Assembly (NCBI GenBank): GCA_965202585.1 | Contig: OZ241832.1 | Coordinates: 17,484,001-17,548,000, forward strand | DNA length: 64,000 nt | From: Thalia democratica | Taxonomy: Eukaryota | Direction of reading: 5' to 3' | Shown: piece by piece, positions 26,161-39,004 of the stretch | Layout: the number at the start of each line of letters is the position of its first letter | How positions within the stretch are numbered: the stretch's first letter is position 1 | Translations under genes and position numbers: made by a program | The notes under the pieces: model-generated | Databases searched by the model: none | What the model was told of the DNA's origin: nothing | The model's input: the letters and a program-made list of their open reading frames with translations, nothing else

Positions 26161-26460
26161 CAACTTAACACTAAATTGAAACTTAAACTTAAAAAATGCG
26201 TGTCTCTTTAAATACAAACAAAAGGTACATTCTGAATAATTAAACTTTTAACCTTTCTATTCTGATTACCACGCTAGTCAGATCAACCCACTATTCTATT
26301 TACTCAGCTGTGTGTCTTAAATGTTTCGCCCCAAAATATTTCCATAGTAACAACAAGGTAACTATGCAATTCCGACAGCTATGCACACTTTCAGTTTGGT
26401 TATATTTATACTAAATTCGTCGATAAGTTTGTTAGTATGTAAACAACTTTTACGCGAACT
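26161..26460 (+). promoter_or_regulatory. Block B copy in U3 (candidate donor AAG|GTAACT at 26358)
   Basis: Same motifs as the other B copies; X-box-like ATTTCCATAGTAAC at 26338-26351. Confidence 0.4.
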
Positions 26461-27868
26461 GTACCATTACTTTTGCGCAAAGGACAATTTGAACTCGAAT
26501 TGTTTGATTACGGCTCGTTTAGTTGAGTTTGTGTGCCAAAATCAAGAAAAAAAAACTCAGCTAGTCAAAATTTAAGTGTAATGAGCATTCGAGGTGGTAA
26601 TTATGCAAAAAATATACAAAATTGGTTTTTAAAACAAACAACAAACTGTATACTGTAGCTTAGATCAAAAGCAATATGAAAACTCTAAAGTTGCTATTTT
26701 TCTACATGTGAAAAGCAAAGTATTTATATGTAAAATAGACAATCAAAAATTATGGATCTTTTGACTCATACATGTACTTATAAATTACTCTTTTAGATCG
26801 TTTTAGAGTCAATTTCAAACGTTGCAATAAAAATAGCTAGACCTTTTAAGTACCGTACTTATTTTTTTGATTTACAAAAACCTTCTTCAATGATTTACAA
26901 AAACCTTCTTCTACATCAAAGCGTAAATAAGTTAATAAGTATAAGTTTGTGTAAGTATAAGTATAAGTTAAAAAATTTGCCTTTTATTTAATTCTACAAA
27001 TTTGGATAAATTAAACTTAAACAAGTTCTATCAAAATTAAAATTAAATTGTGTTTTTATGTTATTGTTTTAAACATTGTGAACTTTTTGAGCTATTATTT
27101 ATTTTTCGTCCCTTCGATATGTATTTTTCAGTTTAAGTGGCCTAGGTTTCGAAGCTTGAGTCAATCGTATTGACAATAAACTTGCAATAATAACTGGTAT
27201 TTAACATTTTTTAACCCAAACGTTGCGACAATACTTGCATATCTTTGATTTTAAAAAATGGTCGTCTATTTTAATGTTTCTGATTGTTTGTGATTTTTTG
27301 TGGTAACTGCGTGAAAACAATAAGTTAGAGATTTATAGTGTAATTATAACCATCAAAATTCCTTTTAGCAGTTCAAATTTCACTTAAGTTCTTTTCGTTT
27401 AGGTAGTTTTGAGTTAAAGTTGTTTTTAGATTTTTATTTACCAGATTGATTGGAAATCTTATTGTGGGAATAGTATTTAGTATATTTAAGACAATTAAGA
27501 TATATTTTTATTTTAAACTATCTTTAACGTTTAGATGTGTTTAAAGTTAGCTTAAACCAGGTTTTCAGAAGTGTGTCATATAGTGGCCTTGGGTACAATT
27601 TGTTTTGGTAACTTTGTCTAAAGTCTGAAAATTGACCAAATTTAAAATAAATTGCCAGTGTATATCTTGAAAATTCTTATGTCATAAAATAATTTAAATA
27701 CGAATAAAAATCTGTATAACTTTGATTTATATTCTGGTAAAGGGAGGGGAGTTTTACTTTTTCTTCTGAAGTTTACCAACAACTTAGTTACGCGCCAATT
27801 TTAATGTAAGCTTTTCTTGCAAATATCAATAATTCGCAAATTCGTCTGTTATTTGATAATTTGCAGTA

Positions 27869-28255
27869 CAGTGCTTTCTCACTTATCTGGTCCTCCCTGA
27901 TCCAGATCCTCATTTATCCGGCCAGTTTCAGTCGAAAAGCTAAATCAATAAATTTAACTTCTTTAAACTTAAGATCGATATAAATTAAACTTTTTGCAGT
28001 TTATTTTATTTGTTCTTAAATTTATTTCAAACTTTCCAAGAATTTTGTTTCATTTATTTTTGTCTGTTTTAATTGTGTGGTTCGTAAAAAATGGAAATCC
28101 ACTAAATTTACTTTATTTTAGTGTGCGTTTTGTTAGGTGCATTTCATGATACAAAAGCGGTAGACAATTTAAAGAAAAAACGGTTTTTAGTTTTTATCTG
28201 ATCGTAATTAAAAAAAAAGCTTGTCCAACATGGTCGGGTTAGCGAGGAAGCACTG
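27869..28255. mobile_element. Tc1/mariner/pogo-type MITE, 387 bp
   Basis: Imperfect TIRs CAGTGCTTTCTCACTTATCTGG versus reverse complement CAGTGCTTCCTCGCTAACCCGA (16/22, first 8 exact). TA on both sides (27867-68, 28256-57). Confidence 0.75.
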
Positions 28256-28440
28256 TATTGTAAAGAAAAAAAAGTATCTGAATAATGATGCATTAAAGTA
28301 GAAGTTTTAAAGTAGAAATCATGCTTTATCATAATTTCAAATTAGACCAATTAGAACAATTTTTGAAAAGTCATTTTCAACTTTACATTAATATTTACAA
28401 CACTCCGAGTGTATAATATAAGCTATTTCTACAAAACTCA

Positions 28441-29590
28441 TACAAGATGAAAAGTTAAGACGCTGAAACTATTTCTTATTTGCAAAAAATTTCAAAGTGG
28501 CCCATCATCTAAATTTGGCATATAGTAAACGAATGTTAAATGTGTCGGCTACAGTTCGAAGGTCGCTTCTTGTTGGCTAATATATTACTTATTTTTACTT
28601 TAAATAATAAGTATTTTTTTTTGTTTTACTTCTTCTATATTTGTATGTATTTGTATATATATATATATATATTATGTGGGTCAAGTTGTTTAGGGACAAG
28701 GGTGTAAAAGTTCTTCATATTCTGCTATATTATTAATTTACCTGTATATATTGATCTATTTTTATGAATGAAAACATTTCTAAAAACTTACAACTGCAGC
28801 CGACTCCTGTTTATTACCAACAAACGGGTGTTTTATAATACCTATCATTAACTTCAGTGTCTAACTAGTTTCAAGATTTTAATCTGCTTACAACTCCTAG
28901 CTTTGAAACTGGAAATTTCAGCAACTTGAATACGTTGTTTATAAGCACGCTTGTCTGGTAAGAGTAACTTAATTTATATAATATTCTTTTTCAATAGTGC
29001 ACTTGTTTTGAGTTTTTAAACTTTTTAAACAACTAACAATTTATTTTTCATCCTTCTTGATATCTTGCCTATAATTTTAAACACATTTAAAAGTGTTACG
29101 TTTTCAGAAAGTTATTCAGTTGATAAAAACTGCATTCCGATCATATTTGTTGTTCATAACCTATTTAATGACCAATTGCGAGTCGTATTACTTCAGTAAA
29201 TTTTATTTGTTGCATATCTCATTACCAATTTCATGGTCAGTAGCAACGCGATCTTTACTTGATGAATGCTTGTCATACCACATCAAACAAACTTCATTTT
29301 AAAAAATCTCAAACCTAACTGTTTTGTGAAAAGCACAAAAAAAAAAGCATTTTTGTAATCTGTTGAGGTTAACAGCTTAATCGCGATAACTTAGAAAAAA
29401 TACGAAAAATACTTTCTGGCCACATTGTGTGATGTATAGATGAAAGTAACTACTGCTACGTCGTAATGTGTATTTATAAGAGAATTGGCACTTAAACAGC
29501 TGTTTTGATAGCCTCTTACACAGTACATGGCTGGCATTTTGTTTAGTAACACTTTCACTTTACGCTACTCATAACAATTGAAATTCCACA
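28441..29590. repeat. Second copy of non-coding blocks homologous to the Flrt intron
   Basis: Same blocks as 7035-7960 and 55135-56260, in the same order. Confidence 0.85.
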
Positions 29591-31338
29591 CTCAACGAAA
29601 ATATTTACAGGTGTTTTCAATAGTTATCAACCTTTAATAGTATTTTATATATCACCCACAAAAACATTCTTTTTATATGCATAAAAACGAGTTAAATTTT
29701 TGTGCCATGATTTGTGTTTGTGCTTTCAGTTTTGTTTTTCTCATTTATTGCCGGTAAAATCATCATAAATAAACTCTACACATCAAGTTTATCGGCTTGT
29801 TTTTAGTATAATAATTAAGAATGTTAAGTTTTTTTTTAGATTGATGTGCATTTTTATACTTTTGAATAAAAAAAAATGGTATATACAAGAACTATTATTT
29901 TATTCTTTTTTAGGTTTAATTTAAACTTTACTGTACATGGTTTTGGACGATATAGTTGGAAAAAATAGTTTTAATTGCGTAGATAAAAAATTAAAACAGT
30001 TTAAAACAAATGCTTAGGCAAAAATTATTAAAAATGATATATATGACTTGAGACTCTTTTGTATTTCGTAGCTAAACCTTTCTAACTTTTTTTCTAGTAT
30101 TACGTTTTTGTACATACTCAATGCATATTATTTGTTTTAATGATATATTTTCCTACACTATTCTCGTTTAAAATGCTTAAGTTTTTTATATATTCCACAT
30201 AAATATATTTCGAATTTAAACTAAACCAATACCTTCTATTTAAAACTTTTATTTAAGACGAATTTCCTGTGAGTAAAGCAAACAAAATATGTACATACAA
30301 GTATATTTGATAACACAAACTTTAAAAGTAAAAATTCACATATACTTTTTTGACAACACAAGTTTGTTCAAAATTGTAAAGAAGTTATTATAAGTTATAA
30401 AAATTTCACAGTTTTCATGAAATAGCGAAGTACAAACATTAGTACAAGATAAATATATATTTTTTGCGAAAAAGTTTATTTCAAAACTACGCGTTTACAT
30501 TTAGTTGATAAAAACTTTCTATGAACTGATACGTCTGTGGTAATCTTCAAAACATGTTTGAATGTTTGTACTTGTTTGTTTTTATGTTATTTGAATAAAA
30601 ATAATACATTGGCTGTAGTTTAAAAAATTTAAACTTGACTTTACTACTTTTTTCATAAAAACGGGAAATAGATATTTGTTTTTGTTTTTGACTCAGTTTA
30701 ATAATTTACAGCTTTTTGATAGAAAAAAAGTTTTTGGGTAACATAGTATTTTGTACCACAAATGCACATTTCTACATTGTAAAGGCAAAATTGTTTCACA
30801 TACATTTTAGATATAAACTGACTAGAAACATGTAAATAATGTAGAGTGATCTGATTTGAGTAGAGAGAACAAGCATTGTTACGTCATACGAGAAGTAAAA
30901 GTTTCTGTAGAATCGTGCTTTAAATATAAAACAGAAGTTGTTCTGATTGTTTTACAGTTACACAAAAAACTTCTTTTATTGTTGTTATATAATCAAAAAG
31001 GGAAATAATGAACATTTATTAAAAAGTAAAAGTTGCTTTGTGAATATTTGGTGTTGAGTGACTATTGCATTGGACAAATATATTAAGTGATACTTATTAG
31101 TAAAAGGTACAAAATTTTTATTGTGAGTTAAAGTTTTAAAGAGTTTGTTTGTTAATTAAAAACAACCAAGAAGAAAGAGATAACTATGGCAAAATGCTGT
31201 TTTAAGAACATTTTTACGTATAAAAAATAACATAAAAAGATACTATGATAAATTCTCGACAATACCTCTTCACAAGTCATCCTAAGTTATACTTTTCAGT
31301 ATTTAGGTAGATTGCCTACATCTGTACTTTACACATCT

Positions 31339-31414
31339 ACAAAGTTAACAATTCCCATCCTGATTTAACATCTACCACAAAGTTAACAATTCCCATCCTG
31401 ATTTAACATCTACC
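31339..31414. repeat. Perfect 38-bp direct tandem duplication
   Basis: ACAAAGTTAACAATTCCCATCCTGATTTAACATCTACC x2 (31339-31376, 31377-31414). Confidence 0.95.
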
Positions 31415-34400
31415 ACATGCTTACATCTACCACATTATCTTACATGAGCATTTATTACGATTCTACATACGAAATGTATGTAGTATATTTTACTCAAATA
31501 TATTTTGATGCATGTTGTCGTGACATTTAACCTGAGAAAGCAGCTAAGTGAGTTCTTTAGTCATTTTTGTTTTCCTAAACTTAGCTCATACGAGCCAGTT
31601 TGTATAGTAGAAAAAACTAGTTAATTGAAAAAATTTAAGATATTATCAGAACTTGTACACTAATTGTTGAAACAACAAGTATAAGCGATTTATAAGTTAA
31701 GAAAAACTTTGCAACAACCTTTTGAAAAAAATAGTTTTTACTTTTCTGATATCAGCAGACAAATATAAAATAAATTACATTTGTAGTACGCTCAGCACTC
31801 GCTCATATTTATGCGAATTGGCCTGTTAACAATCGTTTTGAAAACAGCTCATATATCAGACAGAATCATTAAAATCACTCGAGTCTTTACCTGTACTTAA
31901 GATGACTAAAGACGAGATAATTCATAATTTTGAGAGAAAGTAAAAAAGTAGATTTGTGAAGTTTCAACAAAGCCAGAGCTAATGTTGCTTTGTCGGTGGT
32001 AGAATAAAAAAAATATATACAGTTTTTTTTTGTATCACTAAATAGCTTTTTGTTATTTTTTGTTATCTATATAAGGTTTTAATTAATATTAAAAGTTGGT
32101 ATTAATCATTTTTTAATAAAGTTGAAATATGATATTTTTGTAATAAGTTTAAAAAGTGTAAATTAATTATTTGCCAAACAAAGTTAAAACTTTGGATAAC
32201 TAGTGTTTAAATTGTTGCTTATAGAGTATTTATTTATAGTGCAGTTCTTATTTGTTATTTTTAAGCGTTAATTACACTACTTAGTGGTGACGGATATAGT
32301 TAAACACCGGGCAATAATTTGTTTGCTATGTATTCCCACTAGACAGTTTTACGAGCTTCATTAATGTGTTACTTTTATCTAGAAACTTTTATTCTAATGA
32401 TTATAAACAAAATATTGTTAAAAACAGTTTAAACTAGTTTTTTATCTGCTTACTTTAACAACCGGTTGCAGAACATGTTTGTTTATCAGTTTTGTTTGAT
32501 CTACTTTCAGCATATGATTAAAATAGAATGTTATTGAAGGCTGCCAAAGTTAATAGTAAACTAAACATTTTTTTATTTTAGTACATTGTTTATTTAGTTT
32601 TTATCTTTAAAGTTACAAAGCTTTTAAGTTTTATTTTGTGAGGTTTGTTTTTGGCAGTAAACTTAGCATGTGTTTTATATTACAAGCTTTTTAAAAAAAA
32701 ACCTTTAGCTAAAAAGTAGAGTTGAATTTGTTTTTATTAAACAACGAAATATTTTTAGAAATTTGAGGCTAACTTAAATATTTTAGTAATATCTATAATC
32801 TGTCTATTTTATACTTGTATCTAAAGTAAACGTTACCATAATAATAAATGTTTTTAAAACAACTTGAAATTAACTAGTTTTTGTCTTTAAAAAGTTTTCT
32901 TGTATTCGAAAAAAAAACTAAATGTGTTTAAAGTCTGTTACTTTTCATTACATAATCAAAAATAGCCAGGCAATTTGCATTGTAGAAATTAGTTTTACTT
33001 TTAATATTTATACTACAAACTTCTTTTAAAATCCCATAAGGTTTCAGTACTGAAGTAATTAAAAATTTATTTCTCATCAAAGTAGAAAATTAAGCTTTAA
33101 CGTGAATATATATATTTTTAAGATGTTTTGTGCTTACTAAACTACGTTTATCTTATAAATGAGTACATTGACTTTAAACTTGTTAATCACACTATTGTAA
33201 AACTTTAAAACTAATTAATTTAGATTAGATAAAATATTTTGATTAATTATTAATGATTAAAAACAAGGTATTTAGTTAATATCAATAACCTAATACTATT
33301 AAAACATTATATATGCAATTACTTAATACCAACATTAACTACTTGTTCAAGTCAAAATACAAAAATCTAGTTAAAGAGGCAACTTAAGAAAAATCCAGTT
33401 TACAAAACAATAACGCGGAAATTTATTCAAGCGTGAAACGAGCCCCCATATCAGGTTACCTGTTTTGTTCGAAAAAAAAAACACTTCAAAAATGTCAATT
33501 GTCGAGAAGTTTTTTGAATTTGAAAGTCAATTTATGAAATCACCCTTTCTTTAAACTCTTTAAACTTATAGCTCTCGTAGGCAAGTTTTTTACAATTTTC
33601 TGATAAAAATAAACTATTAACAAATAGGTTGAATTAACACAACCTATTATATAATAAAATTAAAAGATTACGGAAGAAAATACTTTTTTTTTAAAATTTT
33701 TTGCTAAATTTGAATATCACTGTAATAAAATCACAAGAAATTTCTTTAAGTTACCTAAATTTATTTAATTACGTTAAGTGTATGTGATAAGAAACAGATA
33801 AGTAAGTAGGTTATCAACTCAAAACTACTTGAAATTTGAACAAACCAACGTGCTAAATAGTGATTATTAAAAAGAAAAAAAATAATAATGTTATTTATAT
33901 TGCCAAAGCTTGATTTAGACTTTTTTCAATAATTAAAAAATTGAAACGTAATGAAACATTATTAATTTAAACACTATGAATTTAAATAATAATAAACAAT
34001 TTTTGAAAAATCAAAGTAAAACAATTGTCTTTTTATTTGAAACAGTTTACTGAAAAACGACAGTTTTAAAACTAAACTCAAAGTTTAAATTTTTTATAAT
34101 AAAACGACGCTCGCCAAAGTCAGTTTTAAGCTAAACAAAAGTTGACTTTTCGAACTAACAACCTTGAAATAAGATTATTACGTTAAAATGTTTACATTTC
34201 TTAATTGTTGATGCATGAGTTATAACAATGAATCGTCTACTTGATGTTGAAAAATGTTTATATATAAGTAATTGTCTCGGGTTATATGTCACGTCTATTT
34301 GAAATATATTTATATTAGTAGACGTCTGTGAAGTAGACACACAGTCTATTAAGCTTATTTAGTGGTCGCTATTATCAATATATTTCATTTATCGATTGCT

Positions 34401-35674
34401 TTAAATCGTTTTTGTCGCGGCAATGATATCAAAATAGCTAGTTGTTGCTGTTAATTTCATTCAAAAATAAGTACGGTGCTTAACTAAATAACATATATTA
34501 TCGACATTGCTAAAGTACCTCTTCATTGAATGTTTATTTTACTTCTTTTCTTTGCAAATAAACAAACCATAGGTTGTATTATCTCTGTGTGGTAAAAGTT
34601 TAGATTAATTATTACGTAAAAGTTTGTATAGGCGTCAGAAATTGTTATGTAAATCAAGATTTTGCGATGGAATACTTTTCTTACAGTATTTTTGTATACA
34701 GTGTTACAGTAAAAGCCTATTTTATTTAAACTTAATGTATTTAAAGTAACTAATAAAAAATTAAAACTTTTTTATTGTTAGATTTTGCTTTCAATGGTTA
34801 ATTTATTTTTCAGAATAAAATTTAGCAGGTGCTTTACTGAGTTTTATTTATTTTCAAGCAAGTAATTAATCTAAAGTTTTTTTTTTCATTTAGCTCAAAA
34901 TTTTACTTTGTGACATTTAAAAGGTTAACTCTTGCTTCTAAACATTTGTGCTTAAGTATTTGAAGTACATAATTGGTCAATAAAATGATTAGATTAGTCA
35001 TTGTTTAGTGCTGTCTGTCTAACTAAACTTTATTTCGACTAAAAGTCATGAATTAGTAAACAAAATAAATTAAGTTTATATGCTAAGAAATATTTTATTG
35101 ATTATCAAGTTTAGACACTAGTTTTAGGTTATGAAATTTTATTGACTTAATAGCTTATTTTGATTTATGTTGTATTAGTGTTGGAAGTTCTTTAAAAACA
35201 TATAGTCATAACTTTACTATTATCTTAAAGCTACTATTATCTTTATTAACACCTTAACTATGTATTACTGTAGGGAAATCGATTAGGTACACATTTTAGA
35301 GGTACGCACTAAATCTCTAAAATGAATGGTAACAAAAACATTTATTAAAGTATGGTATTTTATTATATCAAAAAAGTTAAATGAATAAAATCAATGCATT
35401 AAAGTTATTAATAAAAAAGTAACACAATTATCACTTGAATAACTCTGGTTATTCTTAAAAGAATAAAAACAATTTTAGTTTAATTTAAAAGATTCTAGGT
35501 ATATTTGGTAAGGATGATAAAGTTTGTCTCATAACTTTAAATCAGACACTTCACGTGATGTATACACTACTGCCTAGGTATCTTACTGATGTTACTATTG
35601 AAGTCCCACTTCAACTATATATTAAAAAAAACCAAAACTATATTAACAACGGTCATAGAACTTATTATATATAC

Positions 35675-35970
35675 TTAACACTAAATTGAAATATAATCGG
35701 GAGAATGCGTGTCTCTTCAAACACAAACAAAAGGTACATTCTAAATAATCAAACTTTTAACCTTCTTTGTCGATTACCACGCTAGTCACATCAACCAATT
35801 AACCTATATGCTCAGCTGTGTGCCTTTGATATCTCGACCCAATATTTCCATAGCAATAACAAGGTAACTATGCAACTTCGACAGCTATCCACACTTTCAA
35901 ATCAGCTGTTTTTGTCGATATTTTTCTTACTAAATTCGCCTACAAGCTTATTATGATAACTGTTTTCACG
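35675..35970 (+). promoter_or_regulatory. Block B copy in U4 (candidate donor AAG|GTAACT at 35864)
   Basis: Same motifs; CCTTTGATAT TCF-like site. Confidence 0.4.
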
Positions 35971-38735
35971 CGCAAATATAAAAATTAAGTTTTTTTTTTT
36001 CTAAACTTGGAAAAGTTATGTCAAAAATAATTTTCTGCTAAAATCTACAAAAGATAACGATCTATTAGCCAATCTTATTATTTTAACATAGCTGGCATAC
36101 GAAGTGGTCTGTGAAAGCAGAAGAAGTAGAAGTTAATAGTTTTCAAGTTAATAGAATGGCAATATAATTTTTGTCAAATTTTTTTTTTCAAATAAATTGT
36201 ATTCTTTTGCTTGCTGTTATAGAAAAAATCGCGGTGAATATATCTTGTTTTTCAAAACTTATTAACTGACATTAAAAGCTTGCAGAATCATAAAAGTTTC
36301 TTTATATGTTCAATTCTACCAAACTTTAATTTATAAATATGTACGGAAAGATTTATTTCAACTAATTAGAGCAGCAGTCTTAGATATTTACCATTAACAG
36401 AGTAAAATATAAAACATAGGTCAATCGAAGCGTTTATAAAGTTCAACTCTCTGAAAATAAATTTTGGTTAAAGTATTGAAGTAAACGCTAATTACGATTC
36501 GCTAGATTACTAAAAGTACTTTTTCCTAACAAGAATTAAGTTTCTTTCAATCTTTGCAAATGAAACCAAAATACTTTTGCAACCTATAATTAACTGACTA
36601 TTTATTTGAAACTAAATACTAAACAGATTATTTTACAATTATCTAGTAGATCAATGATGAGATTATATTTTACTGTTTATAACCATCTGACAGGTACTTT
36701 TATGACTAAAATCATGTTTTGATAGTTATAGTCACAAAAATAGAACTTTTATGTAAAATGTTTAATAATAAAACCATTAAAGCTTATGATCTAGCTGGTT
36801 CATCTTTTTAGGTACGTAGTTAAAAATAATAATTTTAAAATATTCTTTAAATGTACTTTAAATGTTGTTTTTTTACACAGCTGTTTAAAGTTTAACAAAT
36901 TAGCATTTGTAAAATACTGTTTTCAAACTTAAATAAAGTAAAATTAGATGTTTGTAAAATAAAGCAATTCTTATGTGGAAAAAGTGCAGTTTATTTGCTG
37001 AAAAAAAAATAAATTGTCAAATTTTGGTAAGACAGTTTAAATAGCAGAGTGTTACCTGTTGTTATTAAAAGCAATAAATAAAGAAAACTGTTTTTATTTC
37101 CTAATATAAAAATTATTTTGTTAAGATCAAACCAAAATGGATATCACGAAAAGTTTTAAGTTTAGTACACAATACTTACAATTTATGTTGGTAAATATAC
37201 TTGTGCTAAGTTGAAGATAAATGAGTTTTATCTAAACTGTACCTTTAAGCTTTTTTCAAAGTAAGCGGTCAAAAACATTATCACACTGTATTCTTGATAG
37301 AAATAATAAGTTCAAACAATTAATTGGTTACAAAAATAAAAAATTTTGTTTTCTATTCCCGAAAAGATCTTTTCACACTTTCAGATACACACGTCTGTCA
37401 ACAAAACGTGCTAACACTTCAATCAAAACCACGTAAAGTAAATAAAAAGTTAATTTGCACATAAATGCTCAATCGTGCAACAGTTGAATTTAGCGTTATA
37501 TTTTGCGAAATATCCGTAAAATTTTATTGACCAAACAGGCGTTGATCAGTGAAGATTAAGTTTATAAATTTTTGTTTACCTTATCAAAAACTAAAGTGGG
37601 CATAACACCTTTATATTTTATAACTGTTGATTTCATAGATAAAAAGTGCTAAAGTAAAGTGTAAGTAAAATTTTTTGTGATTTTTTAGTAAAATATGCTA
37701 TTGTGTTTCGGTATAGTTTTGTAAACTTACCTTTAAAACTTTAAAAATGTACTTAGTTGATATAAATGATTGATTACTTTTTATTAAATTTGAAAATAAG
37801 TGAAAAGTGTTAACATCTATGTAATAAGGTATCTTGATCTTTTTGTACTAATTAACATTTTTACTAGTTTTAGTTTTAGAATTGTATCCAAAAACGTAAC
37901 TCTAATTTTAAAGTATAAACCTTATTTAAACTACACTTTGCTAAGAAAAAAAAAGTTGTTCTTTAATCATGAAAGTTTTCTATCAACGTTTAAACCACTT
38001 TGTCATTAAATTTTTTTTTTTAATTACAAAACTGCGCAGTTTTATTATAAACTAAGATTTTGACTATTTACAAAACTCATTCAACAAAGTTTAGCTTAAT
38101 CTAATAAGTATTTACAATTTTATAGTCACTAATCACCTTATAATTAAATGCTGAATTAACCTTGAGGCTAAAATGGTTCATTGAGGACTCAAAAAGTATA
38201 AAAAACGATTTTACCGAGAAAAAAGTTAATAAATATTAATGGTGTTGGCGATAAATTTTGATAAAACCAACAAATTTTTCTCTACGAAATCAAGTGATTA
38301 CTTTTAAACTGTTTTCTTATATAGATAATCGCATACTTTTAGTTTATAATTCGTATGCAGTTTAAATCCTTATAGCTTTTTTATATTCACCGTTTAAAAA
38401 ATAAACTATGATTTACAAAAGAAATCTTTAAAAAAATATTTTCTAACATACTTCTTAATCCAGACATAGCTGTTATAAATCTTAGTGTACAAACTGCAAC
38501 TTTCTAACAGATCTTCGGATCTTTTAAACAAATATTTTAACTTGATGATTTCTTATCTCACAGAATTTAAACGTTGCGACGATATTTACATACCCTTGTT
38601 CATTTTAGTTGCTTTTTAATTCAAGACTTGATAATTTATTTTTATTTAAAAGACGTGACAACGTTTTAAAATTTGGTTTGTTTTTATTTGGAAATGTACT
38701 TTTTAAACTTTATAGTTATTTAGATATGCTTAAAA

Positions 38736-39004
38736 GGTGTAGCTGTCAAATTTGTACTGGCGTACAAAACTGCACGAGGTGATAACATTGATAAAACTGA
38801 CATAGTTAAAATTACACGAAGACACTTTTGCACGAGCAGACAATTTTGAATAGAGACATTTTTGCACGGGTTGATTTTTTTATTATAATTTATTATTATT
38901 TTTTTTTTAATTTATTTTTTTTAGTATCACTGTTACCCCTAACTATTACCCTCGTGCAATTTGTTCTCGTGCAATTTTGTTTTAGTGCTATTTAGAGACG
39001 TTCC
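38736..39004. mobile_element. Foldback/MITE-like element with subterminal TGCACG repeats
   Basis: Inverted match ACAAAACTGCACGAG (38764-38778) / CTCGTGCAATTTTGT (38966-38980), 14/15, with internal GACA(C/T)TTTTGCACG repeats. Not present at the homologous positions in U2/U5. TSD not identified. Confidence 0.55.

Larger units (their letters stand above)
19400..30000. repeat. Array unit U3: mosaic CDS-less copy of the Flrt locus
   Basis: Shares U1-type blocks (19430, 19886, 24300-26040), U2/U4/U5-type blocks (22445, 23080, 26065), block B (26161-26460), the proximal block (27738-27850) and intron homologues (28441-29590). Confidence 0.82.
30000..39000. repeat. Array unit U4: diverged copy of the Flrt upstream region
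   Basis: Blocks at 30425, 30865, 31780, 32230, 32540, 33350, 34200, 34500, 34810, 35545, 35675, 36680, 37355, 38100 and 38560 are colinear with 39600-49700. Confidence 0.9.

Noticed and set aside
26867-26910. ~20-bp direct duplication GATTTACAAAAACCTTCTTC and short (TA)n runs (~3615, ~28657)
   Set aside because: Ordinary slippage products.
31770-31990. Coding-like block FVVRSALAHIYANWP / FVTRLTLAQIYANWP (U4 vs U5 ~41360)
   Set aside because: A 1-nt indel after ~20 codons, early stops and no splice signals.
34155-34340. Short ORFs sharing DVTYNPRQ (34155-34340, 44441-44629)
   Set aside because: Similarity comes from the duplicated non-coding block, and the frames shift between copies.
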